From: Marsupella aquatica
Lineage: Eukaryota; Plantae; Marchantiophyta
Assembly: GCA_973895155.1 (NCBI GenBank)
Contig: OZ316893.1
Span: 19,472,857 to 19,536,856 of the forward strand
Direction: 5' to 3'
DNA: 64,000 bases
The notes beneath the pieces were generated by a model. It ran no database searches. It saw only the letters and a program-made list of their open reading frames with translations, and was not told where the DNA came from. Positions 61,303 to 64,000 of this stretch are shown here, piece by piece (the stretch's first letter is position 1; each line of letters opens with the position of its first letter). The translations under genes and the position numbers were made by a program.

Positions 61303-63588
61303 ATGGACAAGATGCGACTGGTGGGCCAAGGATTTACTCCCAATCGCAGTTTGGGTGCTCGTGATGCATCACACCGTCACATGTCAGGTGTACGAGTTTC
61401 AGTTATCCCCCAGCCATTCATCTCGAGAGCATTAGCCTCGTACAATGCTTGGATCGTATTGACTTTTGCTACGACCCACTTGAGTATGGTTTCTGCACTT
61501 GGCAACTTCAGCGTCGAAAGCACATCATACAACTGTTCATCCAATGTGATCTGCTTGGGCACAACTCACGTATACGCTGGGAATGAAAGCACCGGAATAC
61601 AGGGTGGAAGGTTGTCTCTTATACAGGAAGGCGGATTCGGGAAAGCAGGGATCGCATACTACCAGGAGCCAGTTCGATTGTTTGATCGTTCTACTGGACA
61701 GTCAGCGTCTTTCAACACCAGCTTCACAGTAGACAAAGTGAACCGGTACTACAACGGAAGTATTGAGATTGGAGATGGGATGACCTTCGTGATCAGTGCT
61801 GATAACACGACTATTGGTCAGGCTGGAGAATGGTTTGGGTTGTTTGATTCGCTTGGGATGACGCCTCTCAAATCCATCATTGTCGAGTTCGATACTTGGT
61901 ATAATATAGATAGCCTTGTCCATGACATTAGTGGCAACCATGTAAGCTTCGACTTTGCGAACATTTCATATGCAGCTGCTGCAAATGCTTCCGACGTAAA
62001 CGTGGATTTGTGGGATGATCTCACAATTTATGTTTGGATAGAGTACGATAGCCAGACTCAACAACTCGAGGTAAGAGTGAGAAATGCCAACTACAGGCCT
62101 GTCAAGCCACTACTGAGGCATGAAGTGAAACTTTCTGATGTTGTTGAGGAATACATGTGGGTGGGTTTCTCGAGTTCAGCTGGGCAAGCATCCGCCAATT
62201 TCTACATCTGGGATTGGACATTTGACTCTTACGGGATTCAAGATGCAGCAACCTCGCTTCCAACTGGGGGGCCGACCCCGGGGCCGACAGGGTCTAAATC
62301 AAGTAGAAGTCACCTCGGCCTCATAGTGGGTATTGCTGTCGGAATTCCTAGTATTCTTCTGGTTTCTATTGTCATTGCTCTTTTTGCATACCGGCGATGG
62401 TCTGGAGGTAGACGATACCAGCTAGGGAGTCGATCCAATACTAGGGAGTCAATCACGATGCAAATAGAGGGTGCGCCCGAAATATTCAGCTACAAACAGC
62501 TGAGGGTTGCCACCAACGCTTTCAGCGAGGAGTCAAAATTAGGTCAAGGAGGGTTTGGGAGTGTGTATCGTGGGGTGTTGCCGTACTCTGGGATTCCTGT
62601 TGCAGTTAAGAAAATCAAGAGTGACTCCTCGCAGGGCAAGAAGGAGTTCATGGCAGAGGTCTCTATTATTAGTCAACTTAGACATAGGAATCTGATTCAG
62701 CTCATAGGTTGGTGTAAAGATGTATCGAGAGGAAAATACTTGCTTGTGTATGAACTTATGCCAAATGGAAGTCTAGACAAGGCGTTGTTTGATTCGGCTT
62801 GCAATCCCTCGGTTTGCTTGTCTTGGGAGCAACGTTTCAACATAGTGACGGGCACTGCGGCTGCTTTAGACTACTTACACCAAGGATGGAAGCTTAAGAG
62901 AAAGGTGATCCATAGAGACATCAAGAGTTCGAATATAATGCTGGATGGGGACTGGAATGCAAAGCTTGGGGATTTTGGTCTTGCTCGTTTGGTGGATCAT
63001 CAAAGGGCACCGGACACAACCTTGGTGGCGGGAACCTATGGTTACATGGCCCCGGAAATAGCCGCTTCTGGGAAATTCACGGACAAAACCGATGTGTTTG
63101 CTTTTGGCGCTGTGGTTTTAGAGGTAGCATGTGGACGGAGAGCTTTGGCTCCAGATCTCCCAGAAGACGAAGTGATTCTGGTGGATTGGATATGGCAGAA
63201 AGTTAGTGAGGGTGGCCTCATGAGTACAGTGGATAAACGACTTGAAAACTATGACACTGAATGGATGGAAGTGCTGTTGATTATTGGGTTAAAATGCTCT
63301 CATCCTAATCCTTTGGAACGACCGTCTATGGGGCAGGTTGTCCAGGTACTAGCTGGAAATGTTCCTGTTCCTTCAATCCCACTCTCTAAGCCCGCTTTTG
63401 TAATAGGATCAGACCGTCAGAACGTCTTACTAGAATATATTCATGGTTCAAAGCCTGCTACTTCTAGGTCGATATCTAATGGTTCAAAGTCTGGGACGAT
63501 ATCTACTTCTAGGTCGATATATAGATCGATGTCGCTGACATCTCGGAACAACTCCAATGCACCCCGCGGGCTGACTCAACATGATTGA
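61303..63588 (+). CDS. LECRK: L-type (legume) lectin receptor-like kinase, intronless, 761 aa (start could be 61381)
   Basis: Signal-like hydrophobic stretch, legume lectin motifs (ASFNTSF, GDGMTF, VEFDT, NHV, VWIEYD, MWVGFSSSAG), TM helix GLIVGIAVGIPSILLVSIVIALFAY, and kinase motifs GQGGFGSVY, VAVKK, HRDIKSSN, DFG and APE. Confidence 0.97.
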   Translation: MDKMRLVGQGFTPNRSLGARDASHRHMSGVRVSVIPQPFISRALASYNAWIVLTFATTHLSMVSALGNFSVESTSYNCSSNVICLGTTHVYAGNESTGIQGGRLSLIQEGGFGKAGIAYYQEPVRLFDRSTGQSASFNTSFTVDKVNRYYNGSIEIGDGMTFVISADNTTIGQAGEWFGLFDSLGMTPLKSIIVEFDTWYNIDSLVHDISGNHVSFDFANISYAAAANASDVNVDLWDDLTIYVWIEYDSQTQQLEVRVRNANYRPVKPLLRHEVKLSDVVEEYMWVGFSSSAGQASANFYIWDWTFDSYGIQDAATSLPTGGPTPGPTGSKSSRSHLGLIVGIAVGIPSILLVSIVIALFAYRRWSGGRRYQLGSRSNTRESITMQIEGAPEIFSYKQLRVATNAFSEESKLGQGGFGSVYRGVLPYSGIPVAVKKIKSDSSQGKKEFMAEVSIISQLRHRNLIQLIGWCKDVSRGKYLLVYELMPNGSLDKALFDSACNPSVCLSWEQRFNIVTGTAAALDYLHQGWKLKRKVIHRDIKSSNIMLDGDWNAKLGDFGLARLVDHQRAPDTTLVAGTYGYMAPEIAASGKFTDKTDVFAFGAVVLEVACGRRALAPDLPEDEVILVDWIWQKVSEGGLMSTVDKRLENYDTEWMEVLLIIGLKCSHPNPLERPSMGQVVQVLAGNVPVPSIPLSKPAFVIGSDRQNVLLEYIHGSKPATSRSISNGSKSGTISTSRSIYRSMSLTSRNNSNAPRGLTQHD

Positions 63589-64000
63589 TAAGCTAGAGGT
63601 TCGAAGTCTGCGACTGCTCAGGCGAATTGCTCATCTGGGATGCTGATTCGTCATTGGAGTTGAAACTGGAGTTTGACATTGAACATCTTCTCAGGTGTTG
63701 ACAGTTTCGTTCAATCGGTGCGTTAGGAAGGGAGGTCGCATGCAACGGTGCATGCCAAAACAAAATACACTTAATGTTCAGTTGTTCGAAAGACATAAGG
63801 AAGAGCTGCTCAGGTCAATAAATAGATCATCACCGTCATCGAGATCATCCAGAGAGTTGACACCTTACTAGCGAGATTGCATGACGTCGCCTTGAAGTAC
63901 AGTTATATGGTACATCTCCGTGTTCGGCCTAAGAGAGGATCGTCACAGGTAGACTAGATTAGTGAATGGATTTGTGTGACTGTTTTATCATCCAGAGAGT

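Overview
This is eukaryotic plant nuclear DNA, probably from a bryophyte or other non-seed land plant (inferred from gene and transposon content). Three host genes look intact: two duplicated 3-exon TRICHOME BIREFRINGENCE-LIKE (TBL) polysaccharide O-acetyltransferase genes on the minus strand (9467-12373 and 34172-36954) with unusually long acidic tandem-repeat stalks, and an intronless L-type lectin receptor kinase on the plus strand (61303-63588). Most of the rest is transposon-derived: two Tnt1/Tork-like Ty1/copia LTR elements, a related solo LTR, a short-LTR Bianca-like non-autonomous element, Helitron-like elements, two tRNA-derived SINEs, a hAT-type MITE and a long-TIR foldback element. 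The most striking signal is at the left edge and is absent from the ORF track. A decayed minus-strand Ty3/gypsy-like element reads gag, then aspartic protease, then directly into a C5 DNA-cytosine-methyltransferase motif I-like segment (GICLLDLFGGISSGL) that runs out of the window, which suggests a retrotransposon carrying its own DNA methyltransferase. Also notable is a TGA stop at the same gag/pol junction in both diverged copia elements, which suggests programmed recoding. All alignments and translations were done by eye and no searches were run.
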